Shown: positions 63,000 to 64,000 of the stretch, one piece after another
How positions within the stretch are numbered: the stretch's first letter is position 1
Layout: the number at the start of each line of letters is the position of its first letter
DNA from: Minisyncoccia bacterium
GTDB lineage: Bacteria > Patescibacteriota > Minisyncoccia > Phycocordibacterales > UBA918
Length of the DNA stretch: 64,000 nucleotides
NCBI GenBank assembly: GCA_041736805.1
Contig: JBGSSW010000004.1
Coordinates: forward strand, 51,843 to 115,842
Direction: 5' to 3'
Notes under the pieces: model-generated
Databases searched by the model: none
Seen by the model: only the letters and a program-made list of their open reading frames with translations
Told to the model about the DNA's origin: nothing
Position numbers and translations under genes: made by a program

Positions 63000-64000
63000 A
63001 TGTACGTCAAAACAAGCAGGGAGGGGAATCTTACTTACGGAGAAATAATTAAGCCGGGCGCAAGAACTATTTCATTAAATATTACTTCCGAAACTAACCT
63101 GAGGAATACTCCAGGTAATATTGTTTTAACTTTACTTTACAGCGATTTATTAATGTCTGGTTCGGGGGGGCTAAGCCGTGATGAATTTCAGTTCAAACTA
63201 AACGAACTAGGCTCTTCAATTACAGTTTCCGCCACTGAAGACAAAATTACCGTTAGCGTAAATCTACTTGAAACTAAACTTAAGCAAACAATGTCGCTAT
63301 TTGAATTAATGATAGCTAAGCCCAGTTTTAAAGTTGGCGAATTTAAGAGAGCAGCACAAACATTAAAAAATTCGCTAGAGCAACATAAAGAAAATGCCAA
63401 AAGTATTGCTCTGTCCAAATTAAAAAACTCGCTTTTTAATCCTGACAGTAGAAACTACAGCTACGACCCAGACACTTTAATTAAGGCTGTAGAAGAAATT
63501 AAACTAGTGAACTTTAAGGATATTCATGCTTTGTTTTTAGCTTCTAAATGGATAGCAACGGCAGGAGGTAGCGAAAAGGCTGTTAAGTCAATAATTAAAA
63601 ACTTAAGAAAGATTAAACCCCAGGGAGAAGAGTTGGAAAAAGCTGAGGAAGTTAATTTTAGTGGTTTGAAAAGCAAACATGTAATTACTCACGAAGTAAG
63701 TAGTAAACAAAATATTGAGGTTTCAATTGGAGGTTATTTACCCCTTACTCTAAACGACTCTGAACTGCCAGCTTTTTTATTTGGTTTGGCAGTTTTAGGG
63801 AAGTGGGGTGGTTTTTCAGGACGATTAATGAGCACAGTTCGTGAAAAAGAGGGTTTAACTTACGGTATTTATGCTCATGTGCAGGGAATTACTTTAGACA
63901 GGGCAGGGTTTTGGCGAATCATGACTTTTTTTTCACCAAAAGACGTTGTTAAGGGAGTCACGTCAACTTTACGAGAAGTAAGTCTTATTGCAAATAGAGG
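63000..64000 (+). CDS. M16-family peptidase-like protein, probable non-catalytic partner subunit (3' end outside window)
   Basis: ATG at 63000, 1 bp after the previous stop. No HxxEH, but M16 inactive-subunit-like sequence (LLMSGSGGLSRDEFQFKLNELG...). ORF runs off the window end. Confidence 0.5.
   Translation, partial: MYVKTSREGNLTYGEIIKPGARTISLNITSETNLRNTPGNIVLTLLYSDLLMSGSGGLSRDEFQFKLNELGSSITVSATEDKITVSVNLLETKLKQTMSLFELMIAKPSFKVGEFKRAAQTLKNSLEQHKENAKSIALSKLKNSLFNPDSRNYSYDPDTLIKAVEEIKLVNFKDIHALFLASKWIATAGGSEKAVKSIIKNLRKIKPQGEELEKAEEVNFSGLKSKHVITHEVSSKQNIEVSIGGYLPLTLNDSELPAFLFGLAVLGKWGGFSGRLMSTVREKEGLTYGIYAHVQGITLDRAGFWRIMTFFSPKDVVKGVTSTLREVSLIANR

Noticed and set aside
1-64000. Alternative genetic code (UGA recoding as in some CPR lineages)
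   Set aside because: Long conserved genes (leuS, uvrA, uvrB, the RND permease, the 2441-aa ORF) are full length with standard stops and show conserved C-termini. No in-frame TGA-interrupted homologs were noticed.

Overview
AT-rich bacterial chromosomal window (GC in the mid-30s % by eye, not computed), read with the standard genetic code: long housekeeping ORFs (leuS, uvrA, uvrB) are intact with TGA as stop. The ORF track reports some GTG/TTG starts as M; I moved starts to the nearest ATG where that was clearly better. Genes are compact and almost all on the plus strand. Several features (short UvrC without HhH, Tgt without the Zn-cysteine motif, a standalone sigma-70 region-4 protein, giant Ser/Thr-rich secreted proteins, cohesin/dockerin) resemble reduced low-GC lineages such as Patescibacteria/CPR, but I cannot assign taxonomy. 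Recognisable genes: FKBP PPIase, tgt, uvrB, uvrA, uvrC, ddl, two adjacent tRNA-Ala, HAD/PMM-like hydrolase, RND efflux permease plus adaptor, flavodoxin-fold NAD(P)H oxidoreductase, two MltG/YceG paralogs, ychF, leuS, mnmA, an ATP-cone/Mrr-type nuclease, a Cas4-like PD-(D/E)XK nuclease, a minimal Ogt, a SpoT-like HD hydrolase and an M16 peptidase pair. The first ~13 kb is a cell-surface gene cluster: a cohesin/dockerin protein, a beta-propeller protein, a 2441-aa BNR/Asp-box giant protein with large internal duplications, then two DUF916/DUF3324-like anchored proteins, one fused to a LytR_C domain. The most unusual region lies just 3' of the tRNA-Ala pair. It has a duplicated 17-nt tRNA 3'-end (att-like) and a ~1.3 kb GC-rich, foreign-looking island of tandem mini-cassettes: SD, tiny gene, hairpin terminator, then an 86-bp direct repeat whose 3' end resembles the tRNA-Ala 3' end. 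Other GC-rich pockets are a ~115-nt structured element between tgt and uvrB, a promoter-to-terminator two-gene lipoprotein module (41.27-42.0 kb), and the 5' end of the LamG-repeat gene. No CRISPR array, rRNA, transposase or integrase gene was found.
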